Shown in pieces: positions 1-9,405 of a stretch of 64,000 nucleotides of DNA. Both the position numbers and the translations under genes were made by a program. Below the pieces are notes generated by a model. It was not told the DNA's origin and ran no database searches. It was given only the letters and a program-made list of their open reading frames with translations. The stretch comes from a bacterium (GTDB taxonomy: Bacteria > T1Sed10-126), in NCBI GenBank assembly GCA_003554945.1, contig PWHN01000099.1:9289-73288 (forward strand), written 5' to 3'. The first letter of the stretch is position 1; each line of letters opens with the position of its first letter.

Positions 1-1557
1 GACGTCCTGATATTGACTCTTGGTGACGAGGCCGCCGAGCGGGTAATTGATCGTTACCTTGAACAGCCGTCGGCGGGCCGTTCTATCGTCAGCCGTGGGC
101 GAGGGGAGAAACCGGGGTTTCACCTGGAGTTCAGCAGCAAAATGTATCAAGCTTTCGACTGGGTGGAACAATTTGATGATGAGGAGATACCGGCTCCGGA
201 CTTTGGTCTGCACGGCTGGCTGGAAGATATGTATGAAATGGTTGATAGTTCAGTGGCTCATTTGATGATTGACGAGGGCCTGTTTCGAGTCGTCACTGAA
301 GCTCGATATCGTCCTGAAATAGAAGATCCATACTGGGAGGCAATACTCAGTGTTGAGGCGGGAGAAATAGAGTCGGTCAAATTTTTCCCCGAAGAAACAC
401 TTGCTTATTATGGGGCGCGTCTACCGGACGGAGAACAGCTTTTTGCCGGTTTGACCCAGATGATGGATGAGACGGTTTTTGACCAGGAAAATGACGATCA
501 TGCGGAGATGGCCCGGACGATGTTTGAACAGACGCTGAGCGGTCCCTTCGCCGACCTCGGGGAAGAAATTGCCGTGGGAATAAGTCTAAAACCTGAAACA
601 ATAGTAGAATTTGAAGAAAATCCCGCCGGGTTGCTGCGGGCGGTTTTGATCACTCTGCAGACAGAGACACCTGAAACTTACACGAACCTGTTAGAACAGT
701 TTCAGATGCTGCCCGGTGTAGAAGTCAGTGAAGACGAGTTAAAGGTTACAGAGGGGCTTGAGGAGCCCCTGTCTATCTATTACGACTACGTGGAAGGATT
801 CCTGATCTTTGCCGGGAGCCGGGATGAAATGGAGGCAGCCGCAGCTCGTTTTGACAGTAATGAGGGGCTTGTTACAACCGAACACTACAAAGACCTGGCG
901 GCTCGCACCACGGATAATTTAACCGGTAAAATTTATCTTACATTGACCCCATTCGCCGGTCCTATCCGGGACGGTCTAATCGAGGAGCTGGCTCCGGGGG
1001 CTTTAGAAGATGTGTCTGAAGAGCTGGCCGAGCGCGGCTACGAGATCGAGCCCGCCCCGGAAATAGCGGCAATGCTGGAAAAAATCCCCGGTTTATATGC
1101 TGCCGGCTGGTTTGAAGAGGGCGAACTGGTCAAAGGTCACTCAGAACTCTATTCCGGTCTACTGGCTGAAATGGGGCTCTTTTCGATTTTTAGTTACGCT
1201 GCAGTGCAGGACGATTTTGGCGAAGCTGTTTTAGGGGCGGGTGAAGCAGTCTGTGACGCCCAGGTTTCCTCCGCCAAGGGAGATATCGCTGTAATCCAGA
1301 CCGCCGCTGTCCAATGTCGAATGGCGGATGATTGTGACCTCGAGGCGGGGATGGGGGAGCAGTTGAGTAACTATCTGCCCGAACGGATCTGGAGCGCCGA
1401 CCAGGAGCCGGTTTTTGAGATCGATACCAGAGACGGCGAATTGACAGCAGTTTATGTCGATGACGTCGGCTGTCCTCACGGACCGGCAGGCGAACGGGGA
1501 ATGATGTATGACGTAGAAACCGGCGAGTTTGAGCCCTGGGCTGATGGAATTAATTAG
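1..1557 (+). CDS. Hypothetical highly acidic protein (5'-partial; reading frame is open to the window edge)
   Basis: Long ORF with no in-frame stop upstream of position 13, so the N-terminus is probably outside the window. D/E-rich. No motif recognised. Confidence 0.5.
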   Translation, partial: DVLILTLGDEAAERVIDRYLEQPSAGRSIVSRGRGEKPGFHLEFSSKMYQAFDWVEQFDDEEIPAPDFGLHGWLEDMYEMVDSSVAHLMIDEGLFRVVTEARYRPEIEDPYWEAILSVEAGEIESVKFFPEETLAYYGARLPDGEQLFAGLTQMMDETVFDQENDDHAEMARTMFEQTLSGPFADLGEEIAVGISLKPETIVEFEENPAGLLRAVLITLQTETPETYTNLLEQFQMLPGVEVSEDELKVTEGLEEPLSIYYDYVEGFLIFAGSRDEMEAAAARFDSNEGLVTTEHYKDLAARTTDNLTGKIYLTLTPFAGPIRDGLIEELAPGALEDVSEELAERGYEIEPAPEIAAMLEKIPGLYAAGWFEEGELVKGHSELYSGLLAEMGLFSIFSYAAVQDDFGEAVLGAGEAVCDAQVSSAKGDIAVIQTAAVQCRMADDCDLEAGMGEQLSNYLPERIWSADQEPVFEIDTRDGELTAVYVDDVGCPHGPAGERGMMYDVETGEFEPWADGIN

Positions 1558-1574
1558 TAAGGAGATTGTGAAAA

Positions 1575-4500
1575 TTGGATAAGCCAATCGATCTTTCGGA
1601 GCGCCAGGAAAAACCTGATTTTGGTATCAACTTCCGGCATTTTATAGTTGCCGGTGGTGTCCTGGCCCTGGTATTGATAGTTACAGTTCCGCTTTTCTGG
1701 GGATATTTTAATAATAAAGTAGATTCATATTTTCCTCCGGACGAAAGCATAGAAGATGATTCTGTTTCCGCTCCCGTGCCAGTGGAAGCGGTTCGCCCGA
1801 CAAAGAGAAAAACTAAGCAGGAGAGAGCCAAAGATAAACTGCCTGACCTGTCGCTACCAACAGATTATGAGAAAAAAGAAGCAGAACAGCAGATAACTTC
1901 TGAAACCGAAGATATATCTCCGGAAGAAGAAATTGAGGCAAAATTTGCCGTTGGCAAGCAGTTGTTTGAACTACTTTATCAGGATTTTGAAGAGGCGAGC
2001 GACTCCATCCGGACTTTTAAGATTGTTTATCCTTTTGATCCTGATGCCTCCGATACAAAGCCGTCGCGACAAATTGCTGATTTAATGGTTGATAGGGCAG
2101 AGGAGGGGCTTGATGTTCAGGTGCTAACCAGCGCTTCGGAAGTAGAGATTATAGATAAAGACATTGTTGACGCCGAGACCTTTTTTGGGCCTACCTCCGT
2201 TGATTTTCTCCGCGAACCAACATTAGAAAAACTAAAATTTGACGGGCAGTCGGTTTTAGAATCAAATCAAGGAGGTTCGATCATCTATGGTAACGCAGTG
2301 CTCATAGACAGTGAGATACTTTACCTGGGGAATTTTGTTTTGTCGGAAAATGACCTGGGAGCGCCAAACTCACCGGGGTTGCGCCTGCTTGGGAGTGAAA
2401 TTGATTCGATCACCGAACAGTTGACGAAACTTTTTGATGAACATTTTGCCGGTATACCACCACACTGGAGTCAGTCGAAAGTAATCGAAGTAGAAGACTT
2501 TGATATTTATTTTGCCGAAGATATCACAGGAGAAATCTACTCTATGGTAAAAGAGGCCGAAGAGCGGATTGACATCGGTCAATACCGGCTTAGTATGGCT
2601 CGCTTTCGGCGCTGGCGCAGCATTCTGGACGAGCTGGTGAAGGCCCACCATTTGCGGGACGTGGAAGTTAACGTAGGCGTTCATGAGTCTGAAAACGGTA
2701 GTTCGAAGGACATTGAATATTTAACCGAGCGGGGCTTACCTGTACATATTTACGACCATCCCGACAAACAATACCATCGATTCATGGTGGTGGATGGAGT
2801 ACAAGTTTACCTGGGGTCAAAAAAATTCTCTTCTGAACTGAGCGGCCGTGGGTATGGAATTAGCTTTATTGGACAATCTCCGCAGTTAGCCGGTCAGATT
2901 TCCGGCTATCTTGACTACTGGCTGGAGCAGAGTAAAAAGGTGGAGGCCGACACAGATCCCGAACTTTTACCGGAACCAGAACCAGAACCTGAACCTGAAC
3001 CAGAGCCTGAGCCAGAACCGGAGCCCGAGCCAGATAGGGAACCGGAGAAAATAACCCTGGAACATTTCAGAGAGGGGGACCTACCGGTGGGGGCGCAACC
3101 TGATTCCGAACAACCGGTTGGCAGGCTGGAACTTTCCAAACCGGAAAGATACAGGGAAGAACTGGATCTGGATGATTATACGAAGCTGGAAGCGGCGTCT
3201 GTTGGACTGGATTTTAACCGGCTGAGTCACGGGTGGGGGACTTACCGGCTTAATTTAGAGGTAAAAATTCCTCGCTACTCTCCGCTGGACTTCAATCGTC
3301 TTGTCCCGTTGACACACCTTTCCCGTTTTTATTGGGATAATTTTATAGACGTGCATAGAGATGAAGATATTTTAACGAGGACTCAAGGGAGATACTTGCT
3401 CTCCTCTCTCGGTTCCGCAAACAAATTTTCCCACCATCTTAATTTGGCTGAATTGCCCGAGCGGGTCAACGCCGTGGGAACACATCATTACTTAAAACCA
3501 ATTGAAGTTTCCGGAGTTTTGCTTTCGTTTGAAGAAGATTTGCCGTGGGAAATATCCTCGAGTGAAGTTGAGATACGAAATGTTAACGAGTCGGAGCTAA
3601 AGATAAGTCCGTTCAAAGATGGCGAATTACTGGGGGTAATAGGGTTTGACGAGGAGAGAGAGCGAATTTTTGGCAGCGCCTCTTTTTCGTCTAAAAATTC
3701 CGGCACCCTAAGAGTCAACTTTTTTGATGAACCTGAAGTTATGCTGCTGCTTGTGCTTAAAGATTATGAAAAAATTGCAAATCCATTTCAACTTAATTTC
3801 ACATCTAAAGTTGAAGTCCTGCCGGCCGAAGCCGGAGAAGAGATTAGTCTGCTGGGACAGGAGTTTAAGCTTGCTGAGGTCGAAAAAGCAAAATCTGCCG
3901 ATACCTCTTCAACCAGGGTTGTGGCCGAAGATAGGGATAGTGTTTTACACGGTCTGCTGGCCCGTGACCAGCAGGGCAACTATCTGAATCCCACTTCACA
4001 GAGCTGGGGGCGCGGGAGAAGAAACGGGTTTGGCTTTCGTTGGACTGCGACCTGGGACGGACTGGTCGATGAGTTAGAATTTTACGGTTTAGTAATAGAA
4101 GAGTTCAGTCAAGCTGATCACGAGCCCGGGGGAGAGCTTTTCGAGAAAACTGATTTGCCCCGTGAGGAGCCGGAGGAAGTAAAACAGGAAAAGTTAGAAA
4201 TAATTGACTATGATATAACAGCCCGGGGGCATGAACTCGTGCTGAAGTTTGAATACGATTATGAGCCGGGGACTGATGCCGAGCTGGCAGTCGTTCGATT
4301 TGATTCCGAATGGATGCAGAGGCAAGATTTTGAGTCACCACCCTTTTCGGGCCAGTTCGCCCGTGTGTTGCCACCGGGGCGTTCAACCGCCCGGTTGTGG
4401 ATAAGAGGGGCGGATAAGCCGGACCTGGAAGAACCGCACGTAGAGGGCTTAAAGCTTGAAAAGTTTGGACCTCCGTCCAGAACTTTACTGGAACTTGAGG

Positions 4501-4991
4501 ATTTCGAACATTCTTTTGAACCCCTTATTTTGTATGAAGACGACCGACCGGACAGTCCGGAAGTGAACGATATTGAGATAAATAATTTTGATCCCGATCC
4601 TTACTCTCCCACGGCTGATTTCACAGTCGATTACCGTTCTGATCACGGCCAGAGGATAATGATAATTGCTCGCGTTGATGACGAGGACCTGTCCGAAGTT
4701 GTCCCCGATCGACCGCTGTTTGCTGTCCTTAGCCATATGCTGGAGAGCAGTGAGGAGTTTTCTCTGGATCTTATCCCAACCCATAGGAGAGATTCAAAAT
4801 TAACTGAGCAAGAGTTAATTGAACGGCTGGACGAGGCCACAAATTTGACGATTGAAATTCATGCGCTGGAGGAACAGGACTGGAGTGAAATTCGTTCAGG
4901 CCCGCCCGAACCGTTGTATAGGAAAGGGGTCGATCTACAGGAACTGGAAGAGAGACAGGGTTTTATCGAGTATTTTTTAGACTTTTTGTGA
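1575..4991 (+). CDS. Large (1138 aa) membrane-anchored acidic protein with a (PE)n linker and a degenerate PLD/HKD-like motif
   Basis: TTG start 10 nt after an AAGGAG RBS. N-terminal hydrophobic helix (FIVAGGVLALVLIVTVPLFWGYF). Perfect PEPEPEPEPEPEPEPEPEPEP run, seen as the ccagaaccagaacctgaacct DNA repeat near 2975-3040. YHRFMVVDGVQVYLGSKKF resembles the H-x-K-x4-D...GS-x-N phospholipase-D signature, but with non-canonical spacing. Confidence 0.55.
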   Translation: MDKPIDLSERQEKPDFGINFRHFIVAGGVLALVLIVTVPLFWGYFNNKVDSYFPPDESIEDDSVSAPVPVEAVRPTKRKTKQERAKDKLPDLSLPTDYEKKEAEQQITSETEDISPEEEIEAKFAVGKQLFELLYQDFEEASDSIRTFKIVYPFDPDASDTKPSRQIADLMVDRAEEGLDVQVLTSASEVEIIDKDIVDAETFFGPTSVDFLREPTLEKLKFDGQSVLESNQGGSIIYGNAVLIDSEILYLGNFVLSENDLGAPNSPGLRLLGSEIDSITEQLTKLFDEHFAGIPPHWSQSKVIEVEDFDIYFAEDITGEIYSMVKEAEERIDIGQYRLSMARFRRWRSILDELVKAHHLRDVEVNVGVHESENGSSKDIEYLTERGLPVHIYDHPDKQYHRFMVVDGVQVYLGSKKFSSELSGRGYGISFIGQSPQLAGQISGYLDYWLEQSKKVEADTDPELLPEPEPEPEPEPEPEPEPEPEPDREPEKITLEHFREGDLPVGAQPDSEQPVGRLELSKPERYREELDLDDYTKLEAASVGLDFNRLSHGWGTYRLNLEVKIPRYSPLDFNRLVPLTHLSRFYWDNFIDVHRDEDILTRTQGRYLLSSLGSANKFSHHLNLAELPERVNAVGTHHYLKPIEVSGVLLSFEEDLPWEISSSEVEIRNVNESELKISPFKDGELLGVIGFDEERERIFGSASFSSKNSGTLRVNFFDEPEVMLLLVLKDYEKIANPFQLNFTSKVEVLPAEAGEEISLLGQEFKLAEVEKAKSADTSSTRVVAEDRDSVLHGLLARDQQGNYLNPTSQSWGRGRRNGFGFRWTATWDGLVDELEFYGLVIEEFSQADHEPGGELFEKTDLPREEPEEVKQEKLEIIDYDITARGHELVLKFEYDYEPGTDAELAVVRFDSEWMQRQDFESPPFSGQFARVLPPGRSTARLWIRGADKPDLEEPHVEGLKLEKFGPPSRTLLELEDFEHSFEPLILYEDDRPDSPEVNDIEINNFDPDPYSPTADFTVDYRSDHGQRIMIIARVDDEDLSEVVPDRPLFAVLSHMLESSEEFSLDLIPTHRRDSKLTEQELIERLDEATNLTIEIHALEEQDWSEIRSGPPEPLYRKGVDLQELEERQGFIEYFLDFL

Positions 4992-5133
4992 GTGTTTGGT
5001 TTTATTTTAAACTCTACCTGTTCTCATTAACAGCAGAGCGCTGGGCGCAGGGCGCGGGGCGTAAAATATCGGATGAGCGAAAGGCGAAGAGCGCTAAGGC
5101 AAAAGAAAAAAGCATAGTCATAGATGATAAGAA

Positions 5134-5478
5134 TTGATGATTCCGGCTCGGAGGCCGGAATGACGTCAAGTTCAAGATGGATTCCGGATCGCGCTCCCTT
5201 CGGTTGCTTGTCCGGAATGACGTCAAGTTCAAGAGCATGAGCGAGATTATGAGCACTTAATGAATTTGAATTAGCTTTCAGCTTTTGGCTTTGAGCTTTA
5301 AGCTGGTGTTTTCCGGCTCGGAGGCCGGAATGACGCGCAATTCATTTCACCCCCCTTTGTTTTTCCTCCCTTCAAGGGGGGAAAAGGAATGGGGGGATGG
5401 TTTTCGGGTCGCTTGTCCGGGGTGACGAAACACGGGATATTTTTTCAGGGCCACACTAAACAGGTATTCTGAAAGAAA
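5134..5478. repeat. Composite intergenic repeat, copy A (REP-like hairpins, TCAAG hexamer run, conserved ~90-nt core, 3' leader)
   Basis: Contains ttccggctcggaggccggaatgacg at 5140-5164 and 5311-5335; the long-hairpin variant ttccggatcgcgctccc..ccggaatgacg; the core tcaagttcaagagcatgagcgagattatgagcacttaatgaatttgaattagctttcagcttttggctttgagctttaagctggtg; and a 3' part acacgggatattttttcagg. It is about 90% identical to 7345-7580. Confidence 0.6.
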
Positions 5479-5488
5479 ATGGTGAAAT

Positions 5489-5878
5489 ATGAACTTATAT
5501 TATCTACTGGTGCTCATTGTTATTGCGGTGCTTGTTTTTGGCAGATATATATTAGCGGGGGCGAAATTTACCGCTGAAGATTTAGAGCAGTCAGACAACG
5601 ATTTATTGCCGCCTGAGGAGGACAGGGCAGAAAAAGTTCAAACAACGGGGAAAGAGTGGCCGATAATTGCCGAAAGTCCGCTGGACTATGAAATCCAGAC
5701 AATGAAAGCGCGGCTTGAGGCCGAAGAAATTCCGGTAGTTGTTGAAATTCAGAATCCAAACGTCACAAAAGGAGCGGCGAACCTGTTGAAGCACCGGCTG
5801 AGGGTTAAACCGGACCGCGTTCGGGAGGCTCTAAAACTGCTGCGGGAAGAAGGGTTAGACGATTATTTGAAGGAGTAA
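5489..5878 (+). CDS. Small protein with an N-terminal transmembrane helix, function unknown
   Basis: 129-aa ORF immediately after composite repeat copy A. Hydrophobic N-terminus LYYLLVLIVIAVLVFG. Confidence 0.45.
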   Translation: MNLYYLLVLIVIAVLVFGRYILAGAKFTAEDLEQSDNDLLPPEEDRAEKVQTTGKEWPIIAESPLDYEIQTMKARLEAEEIPVVVEIQNPNVTKGAANLLKHRLRVKPDRVREALKLLREEGLDDYLKE

Positions 5879-5964
5879 GTGGGAAAGTGTGAAAGTGTGA
5901 AAGTGGGAAAGTGTGAAAGTGTGAAAGTGGGAAAGTGTGAAAGTGTGAAAGTGGGAAAGTGTAG
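5879..5964. repeat. 24-bp tandem repeat (gggaaagtgtgaaagtgtgaaagt) x3 plus a partial copy
   Basis: Direct tandem copies at 5881-5904, 5905-5928 and 5929-5952, with a partial copy to 5964. No spacers, so it is not CRISPR-like. Confidence 0.8.
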
Positions 5965-6004
5965 TTGCGAAGAGGGCGATGGGGCGGTGAGGCGCAAGTT
6001 CGAG

Positions 6005-6125
6005 GGAATCAAGGTCAAAGTCACTGGATTCCGGCTCGGAGGCCGGAATGACGAGCGGGCAATCAAGGTCAAGATCAAAATCAAGTTCAAGAACATGAAC
6101 AAGATTATCAGCACTTAATGAATTG
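6005..6125. repeat. Partial copy of the composite intergenic repeat
   Basis: aatcaaggtcaaagtcactgga, hairpin ttccggctcggaggccggaatgacg (6029-6053), and caaggtcaagatcaaaatcaagttcaagaacatgaacaagattatcagcacttaatgaattg. Confidence 0.5.
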
Positions 6126-6322
6126 AGTCTTCTCCAAAAAGCCCTCTCCCTCGAAGGGGAGAGGAATTAAGCCAAAAACGGCTTGTAGTTTGCGATGACA
6201 GAATCATTGAGGTCTGGGCTGCCGAACTCTTTGCTGATATTACTGACAATTAATGTTAAAATTTTTTTGGTAAGTAATGACGATTAAAAACAGCAGAGGA
6301 ATCTCGAGTTAAGGAAGCGATT

Positions 6323-7201
6323 ATGGAAGCTATAAGTAAAGTTTGGACGGCCTGTTACAGGGTAGCCCGTCTTTTTAAGCTGGACCGGGTTATGTTGTTT
6401 TTTTTCTTTATGACCGGCAGTTACCTGGCCTTTTCTCCCGACGATGTAAATGGCGCGGTAGTTTTATATTTCTTGCCGCTTTCCTTTTTGCTGCACCTGC
6501 TATACATGCTCTATCTGGCGCGGACTAAGAATCCCGTCCCTTCAAGATCCAACGTAGCGGCGCGTAAAATATTTTCTTACATCACACCTGTGCTCGGAGA
6601 ACAGCCCTGGCTGGAACTGATACTGACACTGCTTTTTCTGGCAGTAATTTATTTTACCGGTTTCTACCCCTACTGGTCGCTGTTGTTAGCTTTTTTGTTT
6701 GTGCTCGGAGCTGCTTACCTCCAGTGCCGGAGGTTACTGGGTCCTGTTTTTTTGGGACTGACCTACGCCTTAACTGTGCCCGCCGGAGCTTTGCCGGCCG
6801 GCGGTGAGCTTTTTTCCGGAGAGCTTTTTTTACTTGCCGGGGTGCCCTTTTTCTGGGGGATAGCGTCAGACCTTTTCCGGCAGGCCATCGTTTCCTACCA
6901 CGGTGAAATATCGTCTCAAAATCTACTGGTAGAGATACTGGGTGACGGGGTTATACTCTGGCTGGTACGTATTCTATACGTTGTTGTTTTTCTATGCTGG
7001 CTGGCCTTCGCCCGGTTACAAAATATGACGGATGTTTATCTTGGAGCGGTTGTCCTGCTCGCAATATTTGTCTTTCTCCGACATTTTTATACGGATTACA
7101 GCAGTGTACGTTCAATGAGTTTGCAGCGTCGCCGGATAGGACCGCTGTTTGGTATTGGTTTTTTAATAATAAATTTTTTCCGGGCTATTTATGGTATTTA
7201 G
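6323..7201 (+). CDS. Polytopic integral membrane protein, function unknown
   Basis: 292-aa ORF with several long hydrophobic segments (LFFFFMTGSYLAF, LILTLLFLAVIYFTGFY, LLLAFLFVLGAAY, VVFLCWLAF, etc.). No catalytic motif recognised. Confidence 0.55.
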   Translation: MEAISKVWTACYRVARLFKLDRVMLFFFFMTGSYLAFSPDDVNGAVVLYFLPLSFLLHLLYMLYLARTKNPVPSRSNVAARKIFSYITPVLGEQPWLELILTLLFLAVIYFTGFYPYWSLLLAFLFVLGAAYLQCRRLLGPVFLGLTYALTVPAGALPAGGELFSGELFLLAGVPFFWGIASDLFRQAIVSYHGEISSQNLLVEILGDGVILWLVRILYVVVFLCWLAFARLQNMTDVYLGAVVLLAIFVFLRHFYTDYSSVRSMSLQRRRIGPLFGIGFLIINFFRAIYGI

Positions 7202-7344
7202 TCTTATTTTATGGGTTTGAATTCAAGATTGTCATTGCGGGCCCCGACCCGCAATCCATTTTCAGTTTTTAGTTATTGGCTTCAACCAGTAACTTGCACC
7301 CCGAAACCCGCAACTAATTTTTATGGTTTTGCACGAAAACCGCT

Positions 7345-7580
7345 TAAAATTCAAGATGGTTTCCGGATCGCGCTCCCTACGGTCGCTTGCCCGGAATGAC
7401 GTCAAAATCAAGTTCAAGAGCAAGAGCGAGGTTTTGAAAACTTAATGAATTTGAATTAGCTTTCAGCTTTTGGCTTTGAGCTTTAAGCTGGTGTATTCCG
7501 GGTCGCTTGTTTAGGATAACGGGACACGGGATATTTTGTCAGGATCACGCTAAAAAGTATTAATCGTCTGAAAGGCGGTA
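7345..7580. repeat. Composite intergenic repeat, copy B, immediately upstream of the OFOR alpha gene
   Basis: ttcaagatggtttccggatcgcgctccctacggtcgcttgcccggaatgacgtcaaaatcaagttcaagagc...cttaatgaatttgaattagctttcagcttttggctttgagctttaagctggtgtattccgggtcgcttg...acacgggatattttgtcagg. Near-identical in order and sequence to 5185-5478. Confidence 0.6.
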
Positions 7581-7584
7581 AAAC

Positions 7585-9405
7585 ATGTCGTCTGGTGCTC
7601 GTGAAGACCTGCAGATAGCCGTATTAACAGAAAACGGTGATTACAGCGTCTCTACGAACGATACCTTTGCACGGGTTCTGTATGATTTAGGGCTAAAGAC
7701 AACAACCCGTCGTATTTTCCCTTCCAATATAAAGGGAGCGCCAAGCCGGTATTTTATCAGAACCGGTCAGAACGCAAAAATGGCTCTCCGCTCCAATTCT
7801 GATATAGCCATAATTTTAATTGAAGAGCGAGCTGAACGTGTTTTGTCCCGTCTTCGTCCCGGAGGGCTGGTCATTTACGACCCCGACAGTTATATCGGAG
7901 AAAAAATAGACCCCGCCCGGGATGATAAAGATATCAGTTCAAGATTTTATCGTGATGCGCTTAATTACCGTGCGGTTCCGCTCAAAAAGTTGGCCGCCGA
8001 TAATTTTGAAGATTATTTAATGAAGCGAGTAATGCGGAACGTGATATACGTTGGATTTTTATCTTCACTGCTGGGGATTGGATTTACGGAAGCGAGCGAG
8101 GGATTTGCAGAAAATTTTGCAGACAAGGGAGAAAAAATAGTTGATAACAATTTAAAGGCTCTTAAATTGGGACGGGATTATGCTGAAAACTTAAATTCAT
8201 TAACTGATGAATTTCAATTGACCCGCAGCCGATGTGAAAGAGATACGCTATTTATGCGAGGAAACGATGCGACGGCGCTGGGGGCGGTAATGGGCGGTTG
8301 TACTTATGCCAGTTGGTATCCGATTACCCCGGCTACATCGCACGGTGAAAACCTCGAACGTTACGCTCAGAGATATCCCCTGGTAGTAGAACAGGGAGAA
8401 AACGAGGACTCATGTTTAGGTCGGGCTCTCGGAGCCGCCTGGGCGGGCGCCCGGGCCTCGGTATCAACCAGCGGTCCCGGTTTTTCAAACATGGCGGAGT
8501 TTGTAGGCTATAGTTCTTTTGCTGAAATTCCCGTAGTAATTTTTAACATACAGCGCTGCGGCCCCTCGACTGGTATGCCAACCCATACCAAGCAGGGAGA
8601 TCTACGTGCGGCGCTTCATATTAGCCACGACGAATCACCGCGGGTCGTTTTAACGCCGAGTACAGTCGAACAGCTTTACAGCTACTCCTGGCAGGCTTTT
8701 AACATAGCCGCCCGCTATCAGATGCCCGTAATTTTGCTTTCAGACCTGGAGCTGGGTTTATCCCATTTCACAACAGAAAAGTTGGATTATCCAGATGAAC
8801 CGGTTGATGAAGGAAAAGTTTTATCTCCGGCGGAACTGGAGGAGCTTGAGAAATACAGCCGCTATGAGGACGTTGACGGCGATGGCGTCTGTCCGCGAAC
8901 TTTACCGGGCCAGGGGCCGACCTACGTTACCCGTGGAGCTTATCATGCAGCGGACGGCAGGCTTTCGGAAGCGCCGGAAGATGCGCGAGAAAAGATGGAA
9001 AGACTTTTTAAAAAAATGACAACTATGAAAGAAAACAACGACCTGCCGGCGCCCGAGGTTGAAATTTGCAATTCAGCAGGAGCGGGGGCGATAGTTTTCG
9101 GGTCGACCCGTTACGCGTTTGAGGAGGCTCGGGAAAATTTGACGACGGAAGGAATAGAGCTCAGCCTGTTTGATTTACCGGTTTTATCCCCTTTCCCAAC
9201 GAAAGAGTTACACGAATTTTTGAATCAACACAAGAAGATTTTTATAATCGAACAGAACTACAGCGGTCAGCTAATGTCATTAATCCAAGAAAAAGTGAGC
9301 CACGACCACGATTTTCAGCCATTGCGTTCTTACGACGGCAGATATATGAACGCCAGCATAATTGAAGAAAGAGTGAAGGAGAGTTTGCTCAATGAGCGAA
9401 AATAG
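7585..9405 (+). CDS. 2-oxoacid:ferredoxin oxidoreductase, fused gamma/alpha subunit (KorA/PorA-type)
   Basis: GNDATALGAVMGGCTYASWYPITPATS and GRALGAAWAGARASVSTSGPGFSNM are typical of OFOR alpha subunits. The N-terminal ~180 aa looks like the gamma domain. The 3' end overlaps the next gene start, suggesting translational coupling. Confidence 0.85.
   Translation: MSSGAREDLQIAVLTENGDYSVSTNDTFARVLYDLGLKTTTRRIFPSNIKGAPSRYFIRTGQNAKMALRSNSDIAIILIEERAERVLSRLRPGGLVIYDPDSYIGEKIDPARDDKDISSRFYRDALNYRAVPLKKLAADNFEDYLMKRVMRNVIYVGFLSSLLGIGFTEASEGFAENFADKGEKIVDNNLKALKLGRDYAENLNSLTDEFQLTRSRCERDTLFMRGNDATALGAVMGGCTYASWYPITPATSHGENLERYAQRYPLVVEQGENEDSCLGRALGAAWAGARASVSTSGPGFSNMAEFVGYSSFAEIPVVIFNIQRCGPSTGMPTHTKQGDLRAALHISHDESPRVVLTPSTVEQLYSYSWQAFNIAARYQMPVILLSDLELGLSHFTTEKLDYPDEPVDEGKVLSPAELEELEKYSRYEDVDGDGVCPRTLPGQGPTYVTRGAYHAADGRLSEAPEDAREKMERLFKKMTTMKENNDLPAPEVEICNSAGAGAIVFGSTRYAFEEARENLTTEGIELSLFDLPVLSPFPTKELHEFLNQHKKIFIIEQNYSGQLMSLIQEKVSHDHDFQPLRSYDGRYMNASIIEERVKESLLNERK

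Noticed and set aside
5879-5964. Possible CRISPR array
   Set aside because: The repeats are contiguous 24-mers with no unique spacers, and no cas genes are in the window.
5879-6118. 79-codon ORF encoding a GKCESVKV x3 repeat
   Set aside because: It lies entirely over the 24-bp tandem DNA repeat and composite-repeat sequence, so the periodic peptide is a by-product of the DNA repeat. There is no RBS.
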